Assembly (NCBI GenBank): GCA_963757565.1
Contig: CAVWSB010000006.1
Location: forward strand, 661,301 to 725,300
Direction: 5' to 3'
DNA: 64,000 nt
From: an uncultured Alphaproteobacteria bacterium
Lineage (GTDB): Bacteria; Pseudomonadota; Alphaproteobacteria; Rhizobiales; Xanthobacteraceae
The position numbers and the translations under genes are program-made. Below, piece after piece: positions 1 through 9,870 of this stretch; position 1 is the stretch's first letter; every line of letters begins with the position of its first letter. The notes below the pieces were generated by a model, which did no database searches, was not told the origin of the DNA, and was given only the letters and a program-made list of their open reading frames with translations.

Positions 1-117
1 GGCTTTGAGCGATTCATGCACGTCGTCGCAGTCAGTCTCGAGCAGGAGGCGCCGCTCGAAATGCGCGCGCGCGGCGGCGGGTTCGGCAAATCCGGGGTCG
101 GTCACGGACATGGGCAT
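1..117 (-). CDS. partial CDS (N-terminal 39 codons, continues past window start); hypothetical, possibly rhodanese-like
   Basis: Minus-strand ATG at 117 (alt. 111) opens MPMSVTDPGFAEPAAARAHFERRLLLETDCDDVHESLKA and stays open to position 1. It is absent from the ORF track because fewer than 60 aa lie in-window. The family guess rests only on my recollection of similar N-termini. Confidence 0.3.
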   Translation of the reverse strand, partial: MPMSVTDPGFAEPAAARAHFERRLLLETDCDDVHESLKA

Positions 118-205
118 GGCAGCCTTCTGTAGGGTGTCGCGACCCTATGGGCGGTGCCGCGCGCCGGGAATTGGCCGAAATGCCAATGTCCGGTAATATC
201 TGGCC

Positions 206-1165
206 ATGTTGCCGCCCCTTGTCGTGACCCTCGCCTATGACCGGCTGGCGCTGTTCGAATTCGGCATCGCGGCCGAATTCTTCGGCCTCCCACGCCCCGA
301 ACTGGATTTCGTCCCATACCGATTCGCGGTCGCCGCCGCTGATCCGCCGCCCCTGCGTGCAGCCGGTGGCGTGCGTGTGGCTGTCGACGGCGGCCTCGAA
401 CTTTTATCCGACGCCAACCTGATCGTGGTGCCGGGCTGGCGCGATCTTGAAGAAACGCCCCGCCCGGAGATCACTGCCGCTCTGCAAGACGCTACCGAGC
501 GCGGTGCGCGGATCGTGTCGATCTGCTCCGGTGTGTTCCTGCTCGCACATGCGGGCCTGCTCGACGGCCGGCGCGCCACCACGCACTGGCGCCACACCGA
601 CAATCTCGCGCGGCTGTTTCCCAACATCCGCGTCGCGCCGGACGTGCTCTATGTCGACGAGGGTAACGTGATGACCTCGGCCGGCTCCGCGGCCGGCATC
701 GACCTGCTGCTGCACCTCGTGCGCAAGGATTATGGACCGCATGTCGCGAATGCCTTCGCGCGCCGCATGGTGGTGCCGCCGCATCGCGACGGCGGCCAGT
801 CGCAGTTCGTTGTGCAACCCATCGCGGTGCGGACCAACGATCGCATCGCGCGCGTGGCCGACTGGATGGCGGGCAACATCGCCCAATCGATCACCATCGA
901 GACGCTCGCCGATCGCGCCGCGATGAGCGTGCGCACCTTCACACGCCGCTTCCGCGCCGCAAGCGGTGCCGCCCCGATCGAATGGCTGATCCGTCTGCGC
1001 GTACGCCGTGCGCAGGATTTGCTGGAAACGACCGACGCCTCGGTCGACCGCGTCGCCGAACTCTCGGGCTTCGGCGCTTCCGAAACGCTGCGCCATCATT
1101 TCCGCAAGGTGGTCGGGACCAGCCCGTCGGCCTGGCGCGCCTCGTTTCGCGGCAAGGCGGCGTGA
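206..1165 (+). CDS. GlxA-family transcriptional regulator (DJ-1/PfpI-like domain + AraC-type HTH)
   Basis: 319-aa ORF. N-terminal DJ-1/amidotransferase-like segment (IVSICSGVFLLAHAGLLDGRRATTHW) and C-terminal AraC HTH (VDRVAELSGFGASETLRHHFRKVVGTSPSAWR). Confidence 0.85.
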   Translation: MLPPLVVTLAYDRLALFEFGIAAEFFGLPRPELDFVPYRFAVAAADPPPLRAAGGVRVAVDGGLELLSDANLIVVPGWRDLEETPRPEITAALQDATERGARIVSICSGVFLLAHAGLLDGRRATTHWRHTDNLARLFPNIRVAPDVLYVDEGNVMTSAGSAAGIDLLLHLVRKDYGPHVANAFARRMVVPPHRDGGQSQFVVQPIAVRTNDRIARVADWMAGNIAQSITIETLADRAAMSVRTFTRRFRAASGAAPIEWLIRLRVRRAQDLLETTDASVDRVAELSGFGASETLRHHFRKVVGTSPSAWRASFRGKAA

Positions 1166-1169
1166 CGCG

Positions 1170-1577
1170 TTATCGCTGCGGCAGCCGCTCGAAGGCCGGC
1201 AGGCCATCCGGGATGTGATGGAAGGGCTGCTTGTCGACCGTGTAGATCGCGCTTTGCGGCGCGCCGAACAGGGACGGGTCGTCGAGCGTCCCGACCTTCA
1301 CGACGATTACCGGAAACGCCGCCGGCCGCGTGATGAGGTGCGTGCCGCATTCCGCGCAGAACTCCCGTGTCACCGGGCGTTCGAGGTCGGTGCGCTTGAA
1401 CTGCTTGGGCGCACCCTTGGTGTAGCGAAAGCCTTCCACCGGCATGGCGATGAACAGGTTCGGCGCGCCGCCGGTCATGTACTGGCATTCGCGGCAATGG
1501 CACTGCGACTTCATCATCGCCTCGCCTTCGGCCGCGTAGCGCACCGCGCCGCAGTAGCACCCGCCTTCCAGTTTCAT
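1170..1577 (-). CDS. GFA/CENP-V family zinc-binding protein
   Basis: 135-aa ORF with the Cys pattern GGCYCGAVRY...CHCRECQ...FCAECGTHL typical of glutathione-dependent formaldehyde-activating (GFA) family proteins. Confidence 0.85.
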   Translation of the reverse strand: MKLEGGCYCGAVRYAAEGEAMMKSQCHCRECQYMTGGAPNLFIAMPVEGFRYTKGAPKQFKRTDLERPVTREFCAECGTHLITRPAAFPVIVVKVGTLDDPSLFGAPQSAIYTVDKQPFHHIPDGLPAFERLPQR

Positions 1578-1633
1578 GACATCCTCCCGGTCTGACGACC
1601 CACATTGCGCCGTCTGGGATCACACTTGGCAAG

Positions 1634-1670
1634 TCACAAAAACGAAACCGGCGCCACAAGGGCGCCGGTT
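1634..1670 (-). terminator. rho-independent terminator downstream of pal
   Basis: Perfect 10-bp stem AACCGGCGCC/GGCGCCGGTT (1646-1655 / 1661-1670), followed on the minus strand by TTTCGTTTTTG. It lies about 25 nt after the pal stop. Confidence 0.55.
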
Positions 1671-1696
1671 TGCAGTCGTTTGGCCTAAAGCTGCGA

Positions 1697-2197
1697 TCAG
1701 GAGCTGGCGTTCAGCACCGTGACGGCGCGGCGGTTCTGCGACCAGCACGAGATGTCGTTACACACCGCGACCGGGCGCTCCTTGCCGTAGGAGATCGTGC
1801 GCATGCGATTGGCTTCGACACCGCGCGAGGTCAGATAGTCACGCACCGACTGCGCGCGCCTTGCACCAAGCGCGATGTTGTATTCGCGCGTGCCGCGCTC
1901 GTCCGCATGTCCCTCGATCGTGAAGGCGTAGCGGTTGTAGCGGCCGAGCCACTGGGCCTGCTTGTCGAGCGTCGCGATCGACTGCGGGGTGAGTTCGGAC
2001 GAATCCGACTCGAAGAACACGCGGTCGCCGACGTTGACAACGAAGTCCTGCGCGCTGCCGGGCGCCGCACTGCCGGCGAGCCCCGCATTGGCGTCAGCCA
2101 TTCCATTTGGATTGTTGGCACACGCGGCAAGCGACAGTCCGGCGACGATCATCGCCACGAATTTCGCTCCGCGCATGAAACGCATCATGTTGTTCAT
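1697..2197 (-). CDS. pal: peptidoglycan-associated lipoprotein Pal
   Basis: ORF 1697..2230 trimmed to the ATG at 2197, which is preceded by AAGGAGG. Lipobox LSLAAC and OmpA-like C-domain (NIALGARRAQSVRDYL). Last gene of the tol-pal cluster. Confidence 0.9.
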   Translation of the reverse strand: MNNMMRFMRGAKFVAMIVAGLSLAACANNPNGMADANAGLAGSAAPGSAQDFVVNVGDRVFFESDSSELTPQSIATLDKQAQWLGRYNRYAFTIEGHADERGTREYNIALGARRAQSVRDYLTSRGVEANRMRTISYGKERPVAVCNDISCWSQNRRAVTVLNASS

Positions 2198-2398
2198 TCC
2201 CGTGCCTCCTTCTCCGCACGAACCGGGCATGCTTGTAGGTCTAAGCCCCGTTCGTTAAGCGAACGTTCCATCAACCTTGATGAGCCGTTGCGCAGACCCC
2301 GTCGAAGCGGCCAATGGCCGTAAACTGTTTCGAATGGTTAATGCGATGTGAACGCGGCAGGAAAGCGGCAACGCGGGTTCCGTTTTCCACCAATAACC

Positions 2399-3736
2399 TC
2401 ATGACAGCAGCGGCGACCAGGCCGGGTCGGACGCGAAGGCCGGCGTCGGGACCTTTTGCTCGTTGCGGCCGGTCACGTCGATCGTGAACAGGTTCGGCCC
2501 GGGGCCAAGATCTCGGAAGAACATCAGCACGCGTCCGTTCGGCGCGAAAGTCGGCCCTTCGTTGTGGTAGCCGGATGTGAGCAGGCGCTCGCCCGAGCCG
2601 TCCGGCTTCATGATCCCGATCGAGAACTGCCCGCCACCCTGCTTGGTGAACGCAATGAAGTCGCCGCGCGGCGACCACACCGGCGTCGAGTACGAACCCT
2701 CGCCGAAGCTGATGCGCTGCGCGCCGCCGCCGCCCGCGCCCATGACATAGATCTGCGGTTTGCCGCCGCGATCGAACTCAAAACAGATGCGGCCTCCATC
2801 CGGCGCAAAGCAGGGCGAGGTATCGATGGCGGCCGTATCGGTCAGCCGCGTGGTGCGCTTGGACTGCAGGTCCATGACGAACAGGTTCGAGTTCGACCCC
2901 TGCTGCAGGCTGAGAACGACCTGCTGGCCGGTGGGCGAGAAGCGCGGCGCGAAGGTCATGCCGGGGAAGTTGCCAACAATTTCGCGCTGGCCGGTTTCGA
3001 TGTTGAGCAGGAACACCCGCGGATCGCCCTGTCCGTAGGACATGTAGGTGATTTCCTGCGTCGAGGGCGAAAAGCGCGGCGTCAGCACAAGGTCCTCGCC
3101 GCGCGTGAGATAGCGCACATTGGCGCCGTCCTGATCCATGATGGAGAGGCGCTTGACGCGGCGTTCCTTGCCGCCGGTCTCGTCGATGAACACGATGCGC
3201 GTGTCGAAGTAGCCCTTCTCGCCGGTGAGGCGCTCGTAGACTTGGTCGGAGACGATGTGCGCGATGCGCCGCCAGTTGTCGGCGGCGGTGAAATACTGCT
3301 GACCGGTGAGTTGTTGGCCGGACGTCACATCCCACAGCCGAAATTCCACTTTGAGCCGTCCGTCACCCTGGCGCGTGACACGCCCGGTGATCAGCCCCTG
3401 CGCATTGATCGCCTTCCAGTCGGGAAAGCGAGGCAGCGTGTCGAAGCTCACGATTTTTTCGATATACGCCGCGGGATCGATCGGCGCGAACAGGCCGGAG
3501 CGCCGCAGGTTGTTGGCGATCACTTGGGTGATGCCGCGCGCGACTTCGGTGTCGCCCGGCGTGCCGCCGACGAAATCCGGTATCGCCAGCGGGATCGGTT
3601 GCACGTTGCCTTGCGTGACGTCGAGGCGAAGCTGCGCGGCGGCCGGGGAAGCCAGCATGGCGCTCGCCGACGAGACGGCGCCGAGCGCGAGCAGGCGCCG
3701 CCGCGTGAATCCGAACGGTGAGCGAACCAGAGTCAT
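2399..3736 (-). CDS. tolB: Tol-Pal system beta-propeller protein TolB
   Basis: 445-aa ORF with a signal peptide and repeated P.FSP.G / ...SPDG propeller blades ([40 protein letters not shown]). Sits between tolA and pal. Confidence 0.95.
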   Translation of the reverse strand: MTLVRSPFGFTRRRLLALGAVSSASAMLASPAAAQLRLDVTQGNVQPIPLAIPDFVGGTPGDTEVARGITQVIANNLRRSGLFAPIDPAAYIEKIVSFDTLPRFPDWKAINAQGLITGRVTRQGDGRLKVEFRLWDVTSGQQLTGQQYFTAADNWRRIAHIVSDQVYERLTGEKGYFDTRIVFIDETGGKERRVKRLSIMDQDGANVRYLTRGEDLVLTPRFSPSTQEITYMSYGQGDPRVFLLNIETGQREIVGNFPGMTFAPRFSPTGQQVVLSLQQGSNSNLFVMDLQSKRTTRLTDTAAIDTSPCFAPDGGRICFEFDRGGKPQIYVMGAGGGGAQRISFGEGSYSTPVWSPRGDFIAFTKQGGGQFSIGIMKPDGSGERLLTSGYHNEGPTFAPNGRVLMFFRDLGPGPNLFTIDVTGRNEQKVPTPAFASDPAWSPLLS

Positions 3737-3778
3737 GATGTCGTCTGTTCCCAGGCTGTTATTGCCGCGCCGTCCGCG

Positions 3779-4729
3779 TTAGCCGCGGAACATGTCGCGC
3801 GGATCGAAGGTGACCTCGACGTCCTTCCAGACGTCATATTTGGCGATCGGCATGAAGCTGTAGGGCGCGCAGCGGCGCACCGCGCGCAGCGCGCTTTCGG
3901 CCGCGACCTGGAAGGTCGGATGCGAGCCGGAATTGGAGAGCGTCGGATCGGCCGAGAGCGAGCCGTCCTGGTTGAAGCGGATGCGAACCACCACGACGAG
4001 ATCGCGCGCGTCGGCAAGACCGGCCGGCGGGTTCCAGCATTGCTGGATACGTGCGCGCAGGGCGTCGATCTCGCTTTGGGAAAGGCTCGCGGCACGACCC
4101 GTAGGCAGTCCCATGGAGGGCTTGCTGCTCAGCGTGTCGCCGGTCGCGGCGTGGCGCTGCGGTTCGCGCTTGTCGAGTAGCGCGGCGATACGGCTCGCGT
4201 CGAATTTCGGCTGCGGTTTCGCTGGCTCGACCTTCTTTGGCGGCACAGGCGTTTCGGCCTTCTGCTCGGTCTTCTTGTCGGGCTTGGGCGTGTCCTTCTT
4301 CAGCGCCTCGGCAATCGGATCGATCTTCGGCTCAGGCTCCTTGGCAAAAGCCTGCTTCGGCTCTGGCTTCGGTTGCGGCTTCGGCATCGGCGCCGGCGGC
4401 TTCTGTTCGGCCTTTTTCTCGGGCTCGGGCTTGGGCGGCTCAACCTTGTCGGTGGTTGGGGTGATCTCGGGCTTGTTGTCGACGACCTTCGCGGTGTGCT
4501 CCTCGACCGGCTTCGCTTCGGCCACCTTCTCGACCAGCGGCTTGGGCGCTTCGGCCTTAGGGGCGGTCTTCACGCCCTGCGTGATCTGCGAAAAATCTGT
4601 CGCCGAGATGATATCGACGGGCAGCGACTCGGGCGGCGTCGCGTTCAACGCTTTCGCGCCGATCGTGATCAATCCCCACGCCAGCACTGCCGCGTGCGCC
4701 ACCGCCGATATGGTCCACCCAGCCTTCAT
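3779..4729 (-). CDS. tolA: cell envelope integrity protein TolA
   Basis: N-terminal TM (ISAVAHAAVLAWGLITIG), long Pro/Lys/Glu/Ala linker (KPEPEKKAEQKPPAPMPKPQPKPEPK) and a TolA/TonB-like C-domain. Position tolR-tolA-tolB. Confidence 0.8.
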   Translation of the reverse strand: MKAGWTISAVAHAAVLAWGLITIGAKALNATPPESLPVDIISATDFSQITQGVKTAPKAEAPKPLVEKVAEAKPVEEHTAKVVDNKPEITPTTDKVEPPKPEPEKKAEQKPPAPMPKPQPKPEPKQAFAKEPEPKIDPIAEALKKDTPKPDKKTEQKAETPVPPKKVEPAKPQPKFDASRIAALLDKREPQRHAATGDTLSSKPSMGLPTGRAASLSQSEIDALRARIQQCWNPPAGLADARDLVVVVRIRFNQDGSLSADPTLSNSGSHPTFQVAAESALRAVRRCAPYSFMPIAKYDVWKDVEVTFDPRDMFRG

Positions 4730-4733
4730 GCGA

Positions 4734-5183
4734 TCAGGAGCCCTGCTCGACCTCCGTCACCAGCGCGACCCGGCGGAACCCGGCCGCGGACAGCCGTCCC
4801 ATCACGCGCATGACTGTACCGTAATCGACCTTCTTGTCGCCACGCACATAGATGCGCTCGTCGTTGCCGCCGCGCGCCTGTGTGATCGCCTGTAATTTCG
4901 GCACCAGTTCGTCGATCTTGATCTCGGAGTTCTGCAGATAGACCTCGCCCTTGGTGTTGACCGACACCGTGAGCGGCTCCTTGTCCTGGTCAAGGGACTT
5001 TGCCTGGGTCTGCGGCAGATCGAGCGGCACGCCTACGGTCAGGAGCGGCGCCGACACCATGAAGATGATGAGCAGCACCAGCATCACGTCGACCATCGGG
5101 GTGACGTTGATCTCGGCCATCACCGGCTTGCGGCGATGACGCCGTTTGCCGACCGCGATGGTTGCCGTTGCTCCGCCCGCCAC
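4734..5183 (-). CDS. tolR: Tol-Pal system protein TolR (ExbD/TolR family)
   Basis: ORF 4734..5255 trimmed to the GTG at 5183, about 10 nt after the tolQ stop. Carries the signature MAEINVTPMVDVMLVLLIIFMV. Confidence 0.85.
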   Translation of the reverse strand: MAGGATATIAVGKRRHRRKPVMAEINVTPMVDVMLVLLIIFMVSAPLLTVGVPLDLPQTQAKSLDQDKEPLTVSVNTKGEVYLQNSEIKIDELVPKLQAITQARGGNDERIYVRGDKKVDYGTVMRVMGRLSAAGFRRVALVTEVEQGS

Positions 5184-5193
5184 GAGATCCCCC

Positions 5194-6019
<826 letters not shown>

Positions 6020-6309
6020 GAAATTGTCCTCTCGTTCGCACGGCTCGCCGCCCCGATGCCGTGTCTGGCGGAAATGGATTGTCCTGCGGCCCCTGATTGG
6101 CGCGCCGCACACCATTCCAAAACTCGTGAAGTCCGCGCCGTCCACCACCGGCAAGTCACGGATTCCGCGCGAAATCTGTCCAAACTAGGGCACCTGACCG
6201 GGGTTATCCCGCCCTAACAGGCCCGATTATGGTTAAGGCTTTGTTACCGCTCAGGGTCGGGCGGCATCGCTCGCAGCGAAGCATCTGACCGCCGACTGTA
6301 CTAAATTTT

Positions 6310-6346
6310 GACATACTGACATATCCATCGATATGTCTGGACATAT
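6310..6346 (+). promoter_or_regulatory. repeated GACATA(T) motifs overlapping the vapB start (putative operator/promoter)
   Basis: TTGACATAcTGACATATccatcgATATGTCtgGACATATG: three direct copies and one inverted copy of GACATAT in an AT-rich patch, with a TTGACA -35-like hexamer at 6308. Confidence 0.4.
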
Positions 6347-6617
6347 GATCAAGCGAACCACTGTGCGGCTCCCCGCGGAGTTGTTGAAGAAGGCGCAGCG
6401 CAAGGCCGCCGCCGAAGGGAGGACGCTGACCGGCCTGATGGAGGAAGGGCTGCGCTACATGATTTCGGAAAAGCCCACGATCGACCAACGCGCGCGGATT
6501 ATGCCGCCCATCAGCAAGGAAGGCGGCGGCCAGGCGCCGGATGTAAAGACACTTAAGGATCTCGAGGAAATTGAAGATGCCGATTATATCGAGCGCCTGC
6601 GGAATGGCTTCAAATGA
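6333..6617 (+). CDS. vapB: type II antitoxin, VapB-like (ribbon-helix-helix)
   Basis: 94-aa ORF (alternative ATG at 6345) with an RHH-like N-terminus KRTTVRLPAELLKKAQRKAAAEGRTLTGLMEEGL. Its stop overlaps the start of the PIN gene (ATGA). Confidence 0.75.
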   Translation: MSGHMIKRTTVRLPAELLKKAQRKAAAEGRTLTGLMEEGLRYMISEKPTIDQRARIMPPISKEGGGQAPDVKTLKDLEEIEDADYIERLRNGFK

Positions 6618-7042
6618 CTTTGCCCGATGTAAACATATTCGTTTATGCGTTTCGCCATGATGCCGCCCACCACGCGATCTCCCGCGCGTGGCTGAACAAG
6701 ACCGTCTCAAATGACTCGCGTTTTGCTGTGTCGAAACTCACCCTCGCGGCTTTCGTGCAAATCGTCACGAACACGAGATCGTACCCAAAAGCCACCTCGT
6801 CCTCTGACGCATTTGCCTTCTGCAACAATCTGCTCTCGCAGCCACACTGCGACGCGCTTGAGCCCGGTGAACGTCACTGGGACATTTTCCAACGGCTATG
6901 CATCGAAACGAATACACGGGGTGCCGACATCACCGATGCCTGGTTCGCAGCGCTCGCGATCGAATGGGGCTGCGAATGGGTCACATTCGATCGCGATTTT
7001 CTGAAATTCCCGGGCCTCAAATGCACGATCTTGCAAGCCTGA
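6614..7042 (+). CDS. vapC: type II toxin, PIN-domain ribonuclease VapC
   Basis: 142-aa ORF. PIN acidic residues are in the expected places (LPDVNIFVYA..., TDAWFAALAIEWGCEWVTFDRDF). 4-nt overlap with the upstream antitoxin. Confidence 0.85.
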   Translation: MTLPDVNIFVYAFRHDAAHHAISRAWLNKTVSNDSRFAVSKLTLAAFVQIVTNTRSYPKATSSSDAFAFCNNLLSQPHCDALEPGERHWDIFQRLCIETNTRGADITDAWFAALAIEWGCEWVTFDRDFLKFPGLKCTILQA

Positions 7043-7049
7043 AACGGAT

Positions 7050-7084
7050 CGGGCCGCCCATCTCGCACGGAGATGGACGGCCCG
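7050..7084. terminator. bidirectional hairpin between convergent vapC and DUF2852 genes
   Basis: CGGGCCGCCCATCTC-gcacg-GAGATGGACGGCCCG, a near-perfect 15-bp stem. No strong T-run on either side. Confidence 0.45.
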
Positions 7085-7109
7085 GGAACGCAACCGTGGC
7101 TGCGGGGGA

Positions 7110-7580
7110 TCAGCTTTGCGGCTGCGGAGCCTCAGGGACCGGGCGATTGCGCCGGTCGTTCATAAACTGGTCGAACTCCTGCTTGTCCTTGGCGAAGCGC
7201 AGTCGTTCGAGGAACTCACGGAATTCGCGCTGCTCGTCTTCGAGCCGGCGCAGCGTCTCGGTGCGATACTCGTCGAAGGCGTGATTGCCGCTCGACCGCG
7301 GTCCGCCCCATCCGCCGCCCCCAAAGCCGCCGAAGGTCTCCATACGGTCGCGCATGCGGCCCATCTTCTCTTCCATGCGCGCCATCTTGCGCTGCCAGCG
7401 ATCGCTGCCGTGACATCCCATTTTTCTGCTCCAGAATGTGAAGGCGAGGATCGCGAGGCCGACCGGCCACCACACGATGAATCCGAGGATCAGCAGCACG
7501 ACCCAGGCCGGGTGCATCCGGATCGAGGGACCCCGAAAGCGGTCATAATGGTCGTCATACATACGTTCAGCGGTCGACAT
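7110..7580 (-). CDS. DUF2852-like membrane protein
   Basis: 156-aa ORF with two TM segments (AWVVLLILGFIVWWPVGLAILAFTFW), a Gly-rich patch (FGGFGGGGWGG) and a charged helical tail. Family assignment is from memory of DUF2852 proteins. Confidence 0.7.
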   Translation of the reverse strand: MSTAERMYDDHYDRFRGPSIRMHPAWVVLLILGFIVWWPVGLAILAFTFWSRKMGCHGSDRWQRKMARMEEKMGRMRDRMETFGGFGGGGWGGPRSSGNHAFDEYRTETLRRLEDEQREFREFLERLRFAKDKQEFDQFMNDRRNRPVPEAPQPQS

Positions 7581-7601
7581 GGCTTTGCCTCGCCGGTGTG
7601 A

Positions 7602-7620
7602 ATGTAAATAACATTTACAT
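7602..7620. promoter_or_regulatory. palindrome ATGTAA-N7-TTACAT upstream of the DUF2852 gene (putative TetR operator)
   Basis: ATGTAAATAACATTTACAT lies 22-40 nt upstream of the DUF2852 start. The same half-sites and spacing recur at 8316-8334 over the TetR start codon. Confidence 0.4.
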
Positions 7621-7669
7621 ACCTAGAAGCGGAGCCGCCGCTTGTCAAGCGACCGGACGCCGCAGCCGT

Positions 7670-8317
7670 TCACGAAGTTGTGGGGCCGGACTGATCCAGT
7701 CCAAGCCCGCGCAGGTAGACCAGCACCCCGGCCTCGAGCAGTTCCTCGGCGGTCATCGGCAACGTGCGGCGCCCCGCATCCCCGCGCGCGAACAGCGACG
7801 CGATGCCGTGCGACAGCGACCAGACGTGCAGCGCGACCATCAGCGCGGGTGGCCGCTTACCCTGCGGGATGCGCGCGATAAGCGTTTCGGACGCTTTGCG
7901 GATCACCGCGAAGGCGCGGTCGCCGGCAGCGGACAATTCCGCGCTGATCTCCAGCGGGACCCCCGCCTCGAACATCGCCGAATAGTAGGCGGGCTCGGTG
8001 CGGGCGAAACCGAGATAGGCCTTGCCGAGCCGCTCGAACGCCGCGAACGGCTCCGGCGCACCGCCGTTCCAGGCGGTCTCGAGCGCCGTTGCGAACTGCT
8101 CGAAACCGCGCCGCGCGACGTCGGCCAGCAACTCGTCACGGTCGCGGAAATGCCGGTATGGCGCGGCCGGACTGACCCCCGCCCAGCGCGCCGCTTCCGC
8201 AAAGGTGAAGCCTGCCGGGCCCTTCTTGGCGATCAGCTCAAGCGCGGCGCGGATCAGCGCCTCTTTCAGATTGCCGTGGTGATAGCCGCGCGGACCATCC
8301 TGGCGGGACCAGTTCAT
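7670..8317 (-). CDS. TetR/AcrR family transcriptional regulator
   Basis: ORF 7670..8440 trimmed to the ATG at 8317 (MNWSRQDGPRGYHHGNLKEALIRAALELIAKKGPAGFTFAEAARWAGVSPAAPYRHF is the TetR HTH). Confidence 0.85.
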   Translation of the reverse strand: MNWSRQDGPRGYHHGNLKEALIRAALELIAKKGPAGFTFAEAARWAGVSPAAPYRHFRDRDELLADVARRGFEQFATALETAWNGGAPEPFAAFERLGKAYLGFARTEPAYYSAMFEAGVPLEISAELSAAGDRAFAVIRKASETLIARIPQGKRPPALMVALHVWSLSHGIASLFARGDAGRRTLPMTAEELLEAGVLVYLRGLGLDQSGPTTS

Positions 8318-8335
8318 GTAAAGGGTCCTTACATG
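8315..8335. promoter_or_regulatory. palindrome CATGTAA-N7-TTACATG overlapping the TetR start codon (putative auto-operator)
   Basis: CATGTAAAGGGTCCTTACATG at 8315-8335. Same ATGTAA-N7-TTACAT architecture as 7602-7620. Confidence 0.4.
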
Positions 8336-8465
8336 ACTCCCCGCGGCGGGTCGATAACGATCGTAGAAGCGGCATTGCTCGCCCTGGAGGATGCACCGAG
8401 CACGAGCGATCGTCGAAAGATCGACCGCGAGACTCTTCAACGATCAGAGACCGCGCTGCTCCGGC

Positions 8466-9089
8466 TCACTCCTTCGCGCACATGACGTTGATCGCGGCCT
8501 TCACTACGGCGTCGAGTTCCTTGCGCGGCACGCCGGCGCGCGAGCGCACCGCGAGCGTATGCAGCGTCGCGGTCGCCAGATAGGAAAGTGCCGCCGCATC
8601 GGCATCGCGCGCGATCTCACCGCGCTCCTTCGCCTTCACGATCTGGTGCTTCAGGAAGCTGTCGGTCGAGCGCATGCTCTCGGCGAGAAATTCGCGAACG
8701 TCGTCATCGACCGCCGCAACCGTCGTGGCGGTGCCGATCGAGTAGCAGCCGCGCGGGCCATCACCGAGGTAGAGCTCCAGCGCCTTGTCGTAGAAGCGCT
8801 TGAGAAAAACGCGCAGGTTCGGGTCGCCTTCGAGCGCATGGCGCGCGAGCGCGCGGCTTTCGTCGCGGTAATATTCGAGCGTCTTGAGATAGAGGTCGCG
8901 CTTGTCGCCGAACGCCGCATAGAGACTCGGGCGGTTCATCCCCGTCGCCTCGGCGAGATCGTCGAGCGAGGTCGCCGCGTATCCGGCCTTCCAGAACACC
9001 TCCGCGGCGCGCGCGAGCGCGACCTTCGGGTCATAGGCGCGCGGGCGCCCACGCCGCTTGGGTTCTTGCTGTGAAGATTTTTGTACCAT
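8466..9089 (-). CDS. TetR/AcrR family transcriptional regulator
   Basis: ORF 8466..9113 trimmed to MVQKSS. HTH RGRPRAYDPKVALARAAEVFWKAGYAATSLDDLAEATGMNRPSLYAAFGDK. Divergent from the GST gene. Confidence 0.85.
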   Translation of the reverse strand: MVQKSSQQEPKRRGRPRAYDPKVALARAAEVFWKAGYAATSLDDLAEATGMNRPSLYAAFGDKRDLYLKTLEYYRDESRALARHALEGDPNLRVFLKRFYDKALELYLGDGPRGCYSIGTATTVAAVDDDVREFLAESMRSTDSFLKHQIVKAKERGEIARDADAAALSYLATATLHTLAVRSRAGVPRKELDAVVKAAINVMCAKE

Positions 9090-9156
9090 TTCGCAAATAA
9101 TCCTTGACCGCACTCTATTTCATGCGAAACAGTACAAAAGTCAAATGGAGGACACC

Positions 9157-9795
9157 ATGCAGCTTTATTTCTCTCCCCTTGCCTGCTCGATGGCCACGCG
9201 CATTTCGCTCTACGAGGCTGGTGCCGAAGCCGGTTACATCGAAGTCGATCCGAAGACCAAGCGCACGCTGGACGGCGCGGACTTCCTCACGATCAATCCG
9301 CTCGGCCTCGTTCCGGTCGTCCGCATGGATGACGGCGCGCTGCTCACCGAAAACGCCGCGATCCTGCAACATGTCGCGGAGCGTTTTCCCGGCGCGAAGC
9401 TCGCGCCCACCGGCGGCGTCGAACGCACGCGCCTGCAGCAATGGCTCTGCTTCATCGGCACCGAACTGCACAAGGGCCTGTTCGCGCCGATCTTCGACAA
9501 GAAGGCGCCGGAAGGTACGACCGCCAATGCGATGTCGAAGGGCGAAGCCCGCCTCGCCTATCTCGACGCGCACCTCACCGGCCGCGAATTCCTGCTCAAT
9601 TCGTTCAGCGTGGCGGACGCGTATCTCTACACCGTGCTGAACTGGAGCATGGCAACGCCGGTGAAGTTCGACCGCTTCCCGGCGATCCAGGCCTATTTCG
9701 ATCGCATGAAGAAGCGCCCGAGCGTCGCAAAGGCGTTCGGCGAAGAACTCGCGCTCTACAAGGCCGAGATGGCGCGGCACGCGAAGGCCGCATAG
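9157..9795 (+). CDS. glutathione S-transferase
   Basis: ORF 9058..9795 trimmed to the ATG at 9157, preceded by GGAGG. MQLYFSPLACSMATRISLYEAG...INPLGLVPVV...ENAAILQHV is a GST N-domain, followed by a helical C-domain. Confidence 0.9.
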   Translation: MQLYFSPLACSMATRISLYEAGAEAGYIEVDPKTKRTLDGADFLTINPLGLVPVVRMDDGALLTENAAILQHVAERFPGAKLAPTGGVERTRLQQWLCFIGTELHKGLFAPIFDKKAPEGTTANAMSKGEARLAYLDAHLTGREFLLNSFSVADAYLYTVLNWSMATPVKFDRFPAIQAYFDRMKKRPSVAKAFGEELALYKAEMARHAKAA

Positions 9796-9870
9796 TCCGT
9801 CAAAGAAAGTCCTTCGCATGGAGCCGACATGCTGACATGGTTTGCGGCGTGTCGGCCCTTGCGTACGCGA

